A stretch of 64,000 bases of DNA from Podarcis erhardii (Eukaryota), in assembly GCA_964252035.1 (NCBI GenBank), contig OZ176201.1, one strand, 5' to 3'. The translations under genes and the position numbers were made by a program. The notes under the pieces were generated by a model that had not been told where the DNA came from, did no database searches, and saw nothing but the letters and a program-made list of their open reading frames with translations. Below, in pieces: positions 1 through 10,790 of the stretch (positions are counted from its first letter, which is position 1; each line of letters starts with the position of its first letter).

Positions 1-823
1 GGGAGGTTGCAGGAAAGGCCCCTGTTCCAAGAAGCTAAGAATGATTGGGGGGTGTATTATGCACAGGGTTTCTTGCAGAGATTTAGGAAGTGATCAGGAT
101 CTTTACTGAAGTATTCCATTTTCCCTCTGTTTTCTCAGACTACCATCAAATTAAAGCTCTCTCCAGACAAAGTGCAGGCACCCCTTTCTTTGCCCTGTTT
201 GCCGTGACTTGGTATGCAATCCCTGCCAGCAGATACCTAAGTCTGCCAGTTGGTGTTCAAGAAGGCCCACTAAGCTGAATTCTGTCCCTAATCAACCCAC
301 TTTGCTCTTCTATCAGTGGCCAGAAGACTAGAAAGGAGTAGGGTTAGGGTTGATCAGTCTTAACATTTGCGTGGTCACTGACTGCCACACTCTGAAGGCA
401 GAGAAGCAATTTCCCATGTTCCTCTCTTTCCTCCACCCTTCCCCAAATGATTGATTATGTTGTGGAGCCAATAGGGCAGCTCCTTATTTTCCATAAACTT
501 TCCCCCATATTGATGTGCCTCTTTCTTTGGAATTTTAAAATACACTGCAGGGCCATTCTTCATTTCATCTGCCCGGGTCAAGATGTGAGTGTGATACCCA
601 CCCTTATAAAATTGATATATTTTTAATTTATATTTGTAACAAATGTATGTTTCTAGCTCTTGTGATTATGGAGTTTTGACTCTTCAGGATAAATGTGCTG
701 GTCCCAGAGAGAGAGAGAGAAAGCGCGCGTCCCTTAGGCTTTGAGCATAGGTCCACAGAAGGAGAGACAACCAATTGAAATAGCAGGGGATAGGAGTGTT
801 TAATTCTGGATACCTACACTGTA

Positions 824-1069
824 TACCTGCAGGAGCATCTCCACCCATTCAGCCTGGACACCAAGGTCCTCCTTTGAGGGTCTTCTGGTGGTTCCCTAAC
901 TCCCGAGAAGTGTAAAGAATTACAGAACTTTTAGAAGACATCTGAAGGCAGCCCTGTATCAGGAGGTTTTTAATGCTTCATGTTTTTATTATGTTTTTAA
1001 ATATGCTGTAAGCAGCCCAGAGTGGCTGGGGAAACCCAGCCAAATGGGCGTGGTATTATTATTATTATT
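824..1069 (+). mobile_element. L2 LINE 3' fragment with internal deletion, (ATT)n tail
   Basis: Resembles the squamate L2 3' end (tacctgcaggagcatctccaccc...agaagacatctgaaggcagccctg...cccagagtggctggggaaacccagcc) and ends in (ATT)n. Family assignment from recalled consensus. Confidence 0.7.
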
Positions 1070-1070
1070 C

Positions 1071-1310
1071 ACCAGGCAGAGGGCCTTCTCAGTAGTGGTA
1101 CCCTCCCTGTGGAACATCCTCCCATCAGATGTCAAATAGATAAATAACAACTTTCCGAAGACAAATGAAGAACAGCCCTGTATTGGGAAGTTTTTAATGT
1201 TTGGTTTTTGCTGTGCTTTTATTATGTTGGAAGTCTCCCAGAGTGGCTGGGGCAACCCAATCAGATGGACTGGGGTATAAATAATAAAGTTGTTGTTGTT
1301 ACTACTACTA
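1071..1310 (+). mobile_element. Second L2 LINE 3' fragment, directly tandem to the first
   Basis: accaggcagagggccttctcagtagtgg...cccagagtggctggggcaaccc...ggtataaataataaa followed by (GTT)n(ACT)n. Shares its 3' segment with 824-1069. Confidence 0.7.
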
Positions 1311-2790
1311 TGTTCAGTGCCCTCTGCCCTTCCTTTCTTAGCTTGTACCTTTCATGTGAAACCCAAACTAGATTATATGTTTACCATGTCGGGATGGAAG
1401 GATTAACCCCTGCTGCTATTCTTCTTTTTTTATGCTTGGGAGAGACAATCACATAGCAAACATTTCTAATTTGGGTCTTAGATATGCCCAGTGCAAAGTG
1501 GGGGGTGAATGGGCGGAGCGGGGCAGGGAAGCAGACAAGTGGGATGCAAAATCTCTGGGGTAGGGCCCTTGGTAGCATTTTGTCCATCAGCTTGCAAAGC
1601 CCTGGAAGAGCCAGCACTGCTACAAATGTAGAAGCTGCAGAGCTCCCTTGCTTTCCACGGTGTTTACCTAGACCATGTTGGCTTGCTGCCTTATTTGTTC
1701 CCTTCTAATTGAGCAAATGTGCTGTACGCATGGAAGCTAGGCCAGCATCGACTTTATTAGAGGAGAGCATCAATAAAAGGGCTGCACGTTAGGAGGCTCT
1801 GCACAAGCTCTGTCAGATGAGAGGAGTTTTAAAGTTGCACTTTATTCATGATGTTTTGATTTCTCTTGCTCTGGGGACACTGACTTTGATAGATTGCGAT
1901 GCAGCAGCAGAACAATATAATAATACACCGTAGCAACTGGCTTCCAAAGCAGAAGCTTGCCATGTGCCCTGCACCCGTTCGCCCCTGGTTTAGTTTATTA
2001 TGAAAATTAGGCTTAATTATTGACTGGAAAAGATGCTTTCCTTCTTCTTCTTCTTCTCCCCCCTTTATCTGGTTAAATTCGCTGTAGTGCTGATTGCACG
2101 CTGCAGCGGTAATAACTAGATCTGCTTTTGCTCGAGAATCACTCTTCTGGTTATGCTGGTTGGCGAGCAGTGCTGTACTGGCTGGTAAGCTGGTGTTATA
2201 TCAGAGGCTGCTTTGTTGAAAGCAGTGCCCTGGTACAATGCTACATAGCGAAGCAATTTCAGTAGCACTGTGTTATAGCTGTGACTGCAGTTTATCTTGA
2301 TTCTCTCTGGTGTTTATGGTGCTTACAGTCCACCTGGTCATCTGCACCATCCAGAGTCGCTGTATTAGAATTGCTTCTTGCAGAAAAAATATATAGTTGG
2401 CCTCTTTTTTTATAACCCATATGCAGAAAAAACGCAGTGTTCTCCAGATTGGCACAAATGAGCTTCCTTTGGGATTAGGACCCTGACCTCAGCCACTCCA
2501 GGGAACCAAGTAACTCCTTGACCTTCTCTTTTTAGGGAGCTCCAGCAATGGCTGCCAAAATACAGAGCTCTTCAAGGGGGCATCAGAAGAACTAGAGTAG
2601 AAACAACACTTCCACAGAGATTGAAATGTTCCGTAGGTGACTCACCACTTGACAAGCAACACTTCAAGCCAATTACAGTAGATGAAAGGGGCAGAGCAAT
2701 ATACTGGGTTTGCCAGGGACCTACATGTAAAGTCTAGTTTTGTAGGCCTGAATCAGATTCCTTTTCTCTTACATTTTTTTGTTTTCATTA

Positions 2791-3032
2791 CAGTGGTACT
2801 TCGGGTTAAGTACTTAATTCGTTCCGGAGGTCCGTTCTCAACCTGAAACTGTTCTTAACCTGAAGCACCACTTTAACTAATGGGGCTTCCTGCTGCCGCT
2901 GTGCCGCTGCTACACGATTTCTGTTCTCATCCTGAAGCAAAGTTCTTAACCCGAGGTACTATTTCTGAGTTAGCAGAGTCTGTAACCTGAAGCATATGTA
3001 ACCTGAAGCATATGTAACCCGAGGTACCACTG
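2791..3032. mobile_element. Tc1/mariner (Tigger-like) MITE
   Basis: TIRs cagtggtacttcgggtta / taacccgaggtaccactg, flanked by TA at 2789-2790 and 3033-3034. Subterminal gtaacctgaagcatat repeats. Confidence 0.9.
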
Positions 3033-3065
3033 TATTCCAAACCTGGCTCTACTCCCCCAATTCAA

Positions 3066-3845
3066 TATTTACTCCTTAGCTGCCTCTTTTCCTGAAGATA
3101 CCCTGCAAGGCAGCAGAAGTTTAGGAGAAGGAAAACTCTGATCCTAGATGGGCCCCATCTGCTCCTCATTTGTCCTCTACAGCAGGGGTCGGCAAGCTTT
3201 ACCGGACAATGGGCTGGTCCACATTCCATCTGTCGGAGGATGGGCCGGAGCATGTGTGCATGTGCACTCTTCTGGGTCAGAGAAGTGCACATGCGCACAC
3301 GCTATTTCCAGCGCTACTCCAACCTGGATGTGCACCGGAAATAGCATGTGTGTATGCACACGGGCGCGTCTCCATCCCGCACACATGCACACACACTTTT
3401 TCCAGCGCACATCCGGGTCGGAGGAGCATCAACCCAGAAGTCGGTCCCCACACCGCGTTGGTAAGAGTGGGCAGCAGGGGTTGACATGGGCTGATTAGAC
3501 GAGCCCCGTGGGCCGCTACCAGCCCATGGGCCTTAGGTTGCTGATCCCTGCTCTACAGCATGTGGAGTAACCACCTTCTTGACTGTTGGACCCACTATTG
3601 GTCTTGTCTGCTCATTCTGCCGGAGCCTGTTTTCTCATGCAGGGAAGTCCCTAACTCACTGAGGGTTTGAGACCCATTAACTACCCTCACCTGGTATAGC
3701 TGGCCAGTCGAAGCCATTCCTGGGGTGTGACTGCTGTTGCATGCTGACAGCCTCTAGGAGTCACAGGTGAGAGCTGAGTGCAGGGTGGGGACCACAGGTG
3801 GACAAATCACCCCAGAAGGAGCATTTCATGTCCCCCACCAGAGGT
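3066..3845 (-). mobile_element. RTE-clade LINE 5'-UTR-like fragment, interrupted by a hAT MITE
   Basis: Overlaps in sequence with the copy at 9985-10375 (tttactcc...gcaaggca...gaagtttagga...tcctagatggg...ctctacagcatgtg...aaccaccttcttgac). RTE assignment from recalled similarity to RTE 5' regions. Confidence 0.55.
3183..3550. mobile_element. hAT MITE nested in the RTE-like element
   Basis: TIRs caggggtcggcaa / ttgctgatccctg. Perfect 8-bp TSD ctctacag at 3175-3182 and 3551-3558. Confidence 0.9.
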
Positions 3846-5055
3846 ATTACCCATTTTCTAATTGTATTTGAAGCAGCTATTGAAGTTAGGGTTCTTGGGT
3901 CTGTTTTTGAGAAGTAGCTTGGTTGGTTTACTGGCTCCCTAGCACATATTCTCAGTTTCTTCTGTCGTTTCCTCCTCCCGTGTCTAGCTTTGCTGTTGAT
4001 CAGAAGTTTGTCCTTGCTCTGTTTGTTTGATTTATAGTGTACATAAAAGAGTCCTTTAAAAAATATATGTAATACAGTAATTGGGTCTGTGCTGCTTTCA
4101 GAGAAAGCAGACATCTGATCTGGAACATCCAAAGCACTGAGGGGCAGCAAGGCTGGGATGTGAGTCTCCGGATGAAGCCAGAGTCTCAGGAATAATGGAA
4201 TTGCACCTCACACGCAAGCTGTTGACCACAGTTGTTTCACTCTTCAAGATGCAGTGCTCAGTGAGTGCCGTGTGAAATATATAATTAATTTCAGTGATGA
4301 AAAGTGAACAGGGCTTTCTTCCATGCCCCTTATTTTCATTTTGTGGGAGGCAGCATTTTACAAACACATCAGCGATTCATTGTGCGAAATGTATATGGCT
4401 AGCACACTTTTCGCTTGCAAAATTCACTTTTTTCAGAAGTAAATTTTGGGACTCTTCCTTTCATTCTTATGTCCCAGGAAGGGGCATTTGTTTTGTTTCT
4501 TAATCAAACGATGGACTTTGGTGTTGACCAGGCTGCTTCTTCTGGCATCCTGTATATGGAGGAAGTGGGGGTAGCCAGTGAGGTTGGACTACAGATCCCA
4601 TCATCCCCTACTATTGGCCATGCTGGCCAGGATCATCTGGAGGACCACCATATCATCTGGGGGACACAGCATTATCCAGGCTACAGATAGACTTGGAGGT
4701 GCTTTTGTTCAGCAAAACCAATCTTAAAGTTTGGATGGGGCAGGGAGAGGCAAACTAGTGAAAATGTGAGATCTGAGGCTTGGCCTGTTTGCTGAAGGGA
4801 ACAAATGAATAAGGGGGACAGCATCTGAGGATGGGGGGGGAGGATGGACGAGAGGGATGCAACCATTGAGGAACAATTGCTTTTGTGGTTCCAGGAACAC
4901 TGGAGTGAAGGACAGAGTGGCTATACTGGGAATGGAGAGGAAGATGGAAAAAAATAATATCTCTCCATTCTATGATTATGGAACAACTTGTTTCTTCGGT
5001 CAATGTTGTAAGTTTAGGACATTTTATTTGAATTATTCAAAATACACCACCCCAC

Positions 5056-5068
5056 CACACACACACAC

Positions 5069-5121
<53 letters not shown>
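5056..5121. repeat. Compound (CA)n-(TA)n microsatellite
   Basis: About 8 CA units followed by about 25 TA units. Confidence 0.95.
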
Positions 5122-5124
<3 letters not shown>

Positions 5125-5588
5125 GATCAGGCACAAAGCAAACTAGTAGACTGCCTTGAACCATTTAATAGGACTATAGTAGCTGTTTTAAATGTTTGCT
5201 TGAGTGAAAAACAAACAAACATTGGAACACATTCTGCACCTGCAGAAGCATATGAGTGCACTTCAGAAATAACCCTGCAAAGGAGCACGTTACAACAGCC
5301 AATCCTGAAGGTCATAAAACCATGGCTGATGGTTCACTGACTTTCCAAAATATCTCTGTTCTTCTTATGCAGTGGGGATCATGCCTGCAGCATAGAGGAA
5401 ATGAAGGATCTGTGCACAGGATGCCAACTCAGTAGAAGATTAGGCTGTTGGTCTTAAGGGAAGAGATATGGATATCACTGGAGCTTGACTTGAACATGCC
5501 TACCAATTGATAGGAGACTCAGTCAAGAATACCAGTGTGGTTCTCAGTGACTGTGGCCACACATGCAAGTGCTACTGTTGCCTTATTG

Positions 5589-5712
5589 CAGGGGTGGGGA
5601 ACCTGTGGCCCTTTAGAAATTGTTGGAATCCAGTTCCCATCAGCCCCAGCCAGCATGGCCTATGGTCAGGGGTGATGAAACCTTTAGCCCAACAACATCT
5701 GCAGGGTTGCTT
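5589..5712. mobile_element. Degenerate hAT MITE (caggggtggggaacctg family)
   Basis: Left TIR caggggtggggaacctgtggccct and internal gttcccatcagccccagc. Right end decayed. Related copy at 53026-53145. Confidence 0.6.
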
Positions 5713-7180
5713 GGGAATCTCCCAATGGTGCACATGAACTCTCAGAAAAGAGCCATTGGCCATGAGCGAAAGAGTATTGCTTTCTTACAGGTGGTCAGTG
5801 TGTTGTAAGGGTTGTGGGTGGTTGTGCTGTGTGTAGCTTGAGTCCAGGTATAGCAAAAAAAAAGTCTATTAGAAATAATTGTGCTTGCAAAAAATGTTGA
5901 GACAAAGGGGCAATAGCCAAGCAACAACAAGCTGATCTGCTTTCCTGGCTTGTGCTTTGCTGGCCCAGTAGAGAGTGCACACGCCAGAGAGAGCAGGATA
6001 CATTATTTACAGAGAGGCACAGGGGGTCTCCAAGGAGGGGGGAATAGGAAAGCAAGTTGCTTATTAAACTGGTAAACTCATTAACCACTGAAAAATACAC
6101 TTTTATGGACACCTTAATGAACAAATGAAGAAGCTGGGGGATCTGTGGAGTTGGTCGGGGAGAGAATATGAAACTAGCTTAAGTCTAAACACCATGAGGC
6201 TCCAGGATTCCCTGCCCATCTTGATGGAGAAATCCGAAAGAGCTTCACAAAGACGTTGCAAGCAGAGCTGTGAGATATCCCATGCACCTGAGAGGGCTTA
6301 GCAAAGCAATCTTTATAAACCTGGGGAGGGATTTGGTCCTGAATCATTCTTCTAAAAACTCCGCAAGGGGTGTGTAGAATGCACAATGCTTGGGAGCCAA
6401 GTGAGGGAGTAGAGCTGAACAATGAAGGCAAAGGACATTATGAATAATAACAGTAATAATAATTTTTGTATTACAGTTGTGCCTGAAGAGCTCCCAGCTC
6501 TTTTAAACCATAACCTACACTGCAGTTTACACCGTGTGTTTGGGCCAGAGCATTGTTGAAAATATCATCTGCAGCATCCTGAATGCCCCGGGCGGGCAGC
6601 AGTGAATTTAAAAAGTGAATATAAAATATTAAACTGTGTGCATAAAATGGAAATAGCTTTGTAATGGATAAACCAGATAAATTTATTCCAGTGAATAAAT
6701 ACAAATTGGGTTCATCCTACATGCTGCACTGAAACGAGGCAGAAGGAGAGGGAGGAACTCTGAAGGTTTTGTAATTCTGCAACTGACGTTACTTGAGCAG
6801 AATGTTATGATTTCCTCAGAATTCTTGCAAAATTATTCCAGTGGAGCCACCTTTAGCCAAAATGGCTCCTCACCTTAGGAATTCCTTCCTTTAGCAAAAC
6901 TCCTTCAAACTCCAGAACAAGGTAAGTCAAAGTCTACAGTCAAAATTTTGCATCGGAACCAGATTTTAGTGTATTGGTGCAAAAATTGGCTGTTTCTATA
7001 GCAAGAAAAATTTTGCCTGTTAAAAATAGATTACATCTTGATGTGCTGTCATTGTATAAACCTGTGTTTATACAAATGGCATAATTGCTAGATTATTTTG
7101 GTTGATCTTAAAACCAGACAATGGAGCTTTAATACTCCCATGTGTGTAGTTCCCTGTGTTTGTACACAACTACACTAGAG

Positions 7181-7316
7181 CAGGCATAGGCAGACTTGAC
7201 CCTTCAGATGTTTTGGGACTACAGTTCCCATCATACCTGACCACTGGTCCTGTTAGCTAGGGATGATGGGAGTTGTAGTCCCAAAACATCTGGAGGGCCG
7301 AGTTTGCCTATGCCTG
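7181..7316. mobile_element. Palindromic hAT MITE
   Basis: TIRs caggcataggca / tgcctatgcctg. Internal inverted ggactacagttcccatca / tgatgggagttgtagtcc. Degenerate 8-bp TSD cactagag / ccgtagag. Confidence 0.9.
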
Positions 7317-8164
7317 CCGTAGAGCAACACAGGAGCCTCCCTAGACTTTTTGTCTCATTAAATAATCACCTGCCAAATCTACTAACTTCTCTTAGCATGT
7401 GATAAGCAATTTAAGTACCCAGACACTCATCATTGGGAAGAACCAACCTCATAAGGAGCATTAGCAGATCCATTCTCACCTGCTTCCCTTATTAAGACGT
7501 CAGTTGCATCTTTGCTGCTTCGGTGCTCCCTGCATTGTTGCCCATCATAAAGCAGTCTTTAATCAATCATCCCCAATTCCATGCAACTTCTGCGGCTACT
7601 ACTATGCAGACTTGGAAAACTGCCATAGCCATAGCTGCAAGACATGAAAATTTGTTAGGCATCTAAAGCAAAGGATCTCACACTGTGGGTGGGGCGGAGG
7701 CCCAGTTCGTGCGAAGAAAAGGTGATTGAAATAACTGAAACAAGCTGGTCCGAAGTTCTTCAGACAGACAGCAACAATAAAGCTATTACAGTACTTAGAT
7801 ATCAGAAACATTGCTTGCTCCCTTCATCTCAGGAGGTTTAGGCATTTAGCACCATCTGTCTGATCTTTGGCTCAGCGATTGAATCTAGCCATGTGGTTGG
7901 GGCTCAGCCTACCTCCTCGTTCCTAATGATATAAGCTCGCCATCTTATTAAAGTGTTTATAGACAAATGAGAGAGAATACTCCCGAGGCCTCTTGCCTGG
8001 AGGGTTATATGCTTCCTTCTGGTTAGGTAAAAAGCCCTGTAGGTCTTGTAGGGCATTTTACCTGTTTGTTTTTTAAAGCATTACTACCCACCCCATGACG
8101 TCCAAGGACAGCCTAGTACCTGAAATGCTAAATTAATAAATATCATCACACTTTCAACATATTT

Positions 8165-8272
8165 TTGAATCGTAGAATTTTACAGTGGGAAGGGAACTCC
8201 AAATGTCATCTAGTCCAACCCCCAGCAATGCAGGAATCTCAGCTCAAGCATCCAGGACAGATGACCATATGT
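8165..8272 (-). mobile_element. CR1 LINE 3' tail fragment
   Basis: Reverse complement of the attcctgcattgc...ttggactagatg...cttcc tail shared with other CR1 and SINE copies in the window. Confidence 0.65.
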
Positions 8273-9648
8273 ACTAGTGAACATGTGGAAGAGGCAGGAA
8301 TGAAAATACAGAGGTCAAGAGTGAAGGCAGTGGCTGAAGTCCCTGCTCCACATATTAAGGGTTTTCCTGGTATGAAAAAGGCCACTGTGATAAGTCTGTG
8401 GTTTAATCTTAATCTCGCCCACTGTTCCTAGCCCTGCCATCTGAGAACATTTATGTTTAAAATACCAAGGATTGAACCTAGGATGCATGCAAAGCGTTTG
8501 TTTCGCCACTGAACTGTGGCCATTCTCTTCTGTGATACATTAACAAATATGGGGTGATCCATGCATTTTCCATTATGGGTTATGAACTCCCAATTTTGTT
8601 CCACAGACCTGGTCATCAGAATCCTCCATAAGATCAGGGACAATAGTAACCTGCTCCGATTTCGGCTCTCGGAGTGGGGATTGTTCTGCTTCCAAGGTTC
8701 TCAGATGACCTTCAGAAGCATAGCATAATTGTGGGGGGTGATATCCTTACCCCTCCGCAGTGCCTAGGACAAGAAGGAAGTTGGGGCTTGACAGACTCAT
8801 CAGAGCAGTGGCTGGGATGCTTGCCATGGTGAGCAATGCAATTTGAACTGTGGACCTTTGCCCTCACTCCCTAGAATAGGGAAGCCACATATTTCCCAGT
8901 GGCCAGTCTAATTGCTCCCTTAATGGCCTGATGCCTGTTAGCATTAAAGAGGGTGCTGCTACCACTAATCACTCAAAGCAAACTTATTTTGGTACGCGTT
9001 GCCCCGGTTCATTGAAAAAGGCATTTTTGTTTCCCCTTATACTGATAAAACTTGCTTTGGGGTGAATGTATGTTTTCTTAATTTATAAATCTGTGGATTG
9101 CAGGTTCTCTTTATAAAAATCAGTAACCATATTTTGATGCTTCTGCTGTAGAAGGTTTTTTTTTTTTTTAAAGAAAAGAATCCCTGACATGGTTTTGCTT
9201 CTTTCTAAACTGCTGACGCAAATAACCCTATAAATTAGCAGATGGTGGCACAGGGAAATCTCTTGGCTTCTCTCTTTTTTCCATTTTTTAAACAGTTTGA
9301 TTTTTATAATAGGGGTTTTGGGTGGGAGCCAGAAATCCCTCAACTGGCAAAATGGAGTTAGTGCAAGGGGGAAGGGGGGGAGGAGGAGGGGAGAGGGGGC
9401 TAGATCCACGTTAGCTGGTGCATTGAAGATTTGTGCAGTACTTAGAATAATAAAATCACATTTGAAGGAGATCCTGTAGGACCTAAGGCTACAGAAATTT
9501 GAAAGGGAGGCATATGAAAGCCTTAAGCAAGGCACACTCCTACAGTCCATCAGGTGATGTGCGGGAGCTTATCTTCAACCCTGTCCCCACACCTTGCCTA
9601 CGAACCCTTATAGCTGTGATTCCTGCATTGCAGAGGGTTGGAACAGAT

Positions 9649-9780
9649 CAGTGTTTCCTAAACTTTGGTTTCTAGCTGTGGGTTGTTGTTTTTAACTACA
9701 ATTCCCATCATCCCTAGCTAGCAGGACCAGTGGTCAGGGATGATGGGAACTGTAGTCCGAAAACAGTTTGGAAAACACTG
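9649..9780. mobile_element. hAT MITE inserted into a CR1-type 3' tail
   Basis: TIRs cagtgtttcctaaac / gtttggaaaacactg. TSD gaacagat (9641-9648) / gactagat (9781-9788), splitting the ttcctgcattgcagagggttg-gactagatg tail. Confidence 0.85.
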
Positions 9781-9984
9781 GACTAGATGGCTGCCCAGCC
9801 TCTCTGCTTTGAACACTTTCAGAAAGGAAGAGCTTCCCCCTCCCTTGATAACAGGTTCCATTGTACAATTAAGAAATTTCTCCCTAGTACTAAAAACAAC
9901 AACAATGAACAACAAAGCCAAAATGTTGCTGTTGGCATCCATCTGTCTCAAGAGGCAGCGGAGTGTGCCTCCAAGGGTGAAATC

Positions 9985-10375
9985 AAACCGCATTGATTTT
10001 ACTGTGTTGGCAGAACTGAAGTGACCTCTCCAGGGCGCAAGCTTGGGCAGTGTATGTGGAGGTCCTGGGCTTCCCAGATGACAAGACTCCCCTCTCAGCC
10101 TCTCTGATGTAGTCCAAAGGAAAGCAGAGCAATACATTTGGCACCAGCTTGGCTGTAGGAGTTGCTGGAAGGAGACATGCAAGACACCATTCTACTGTTT
10201 TAGGGACTCCACTCGGGATCTGTGTAGAGTTTACTCCTTTCATCTCCCAAAGATGTCCTGCAAGGCAACGGAAGTTTAGGATCAAGAGTTTTCCTTCTCC
10301 TAGATGGGCTACCATTTGCCCTCTCATTTCCCTCTACAGCATGTGCAGAAACCACCTTCTTGACCATAGGACCCG
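9985..10375 (-). mobile_element. RTE-clade LINE 5'-UTR-like fragment (second copy)
   Basis: Alignable by eye to 3066-3182 joined to 3559-3590. Confidence 0.55.
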
Positions 10376-10379
10376 ATAT

Positions 10380-10529
10380 GTCAGCCTGGATAGCTCAGCT
10401 GGTTAGACCATGGTGCTAATCATGTCAAAGTTGCAGGTTTGATCCCTGAATGGGGCAACTGAATATTCCTTCATTGCAGGGGTTTGGACTAGATGATCCT
10501 CGGGATCCCTTCCCATTCTATGATTCTAT
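10380..10529 (+). mobile_element. SINE with tRNA-Ile(AAT)-derived head and CR1-derived tail
   Basis: Head gatagctcagctggttagaccatggtgctaatcatgtcaaagttgcaggtttgatccc resembles tRNA-Ile-AAT. Tail ttccttcattgcaggggtttggactagatgatcctc...ttctatgattctat. Confidence 0.8.
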
Positions 10530-10589
10530 AGTATGTGGTCTTGCCACACAAGAGATCAATCTTTGTCTGCTACTATGTCACAGTCATTC

Positions 10590-10790
10590 TGTTATTTGAA
10601 GAGCTATCAAGTCTGGCCACCCAGTCTTCTCTTCTCCAGGTTAGATACACTGCATGTCTTCCATACCTTTCTCCCTAAGGCTTTCTTTCCAGGACCCGGA
10701 CTATTTTTGTTGCCCTCATCTCATCCCATTTCGATTTGTCCGTATCTTCTTAATGTGTGGTAACCAGAACTAGACACAGTACTCCAGAAA
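10590..10790 (-). mobile_element. Old CR1 ORF2 fragment
   Basis: tgtggtaaccagaactagacacagtactccag is the reverse of the LEYCVQFW coding motif also seen at 53600-53630. Confidence 0.6.
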
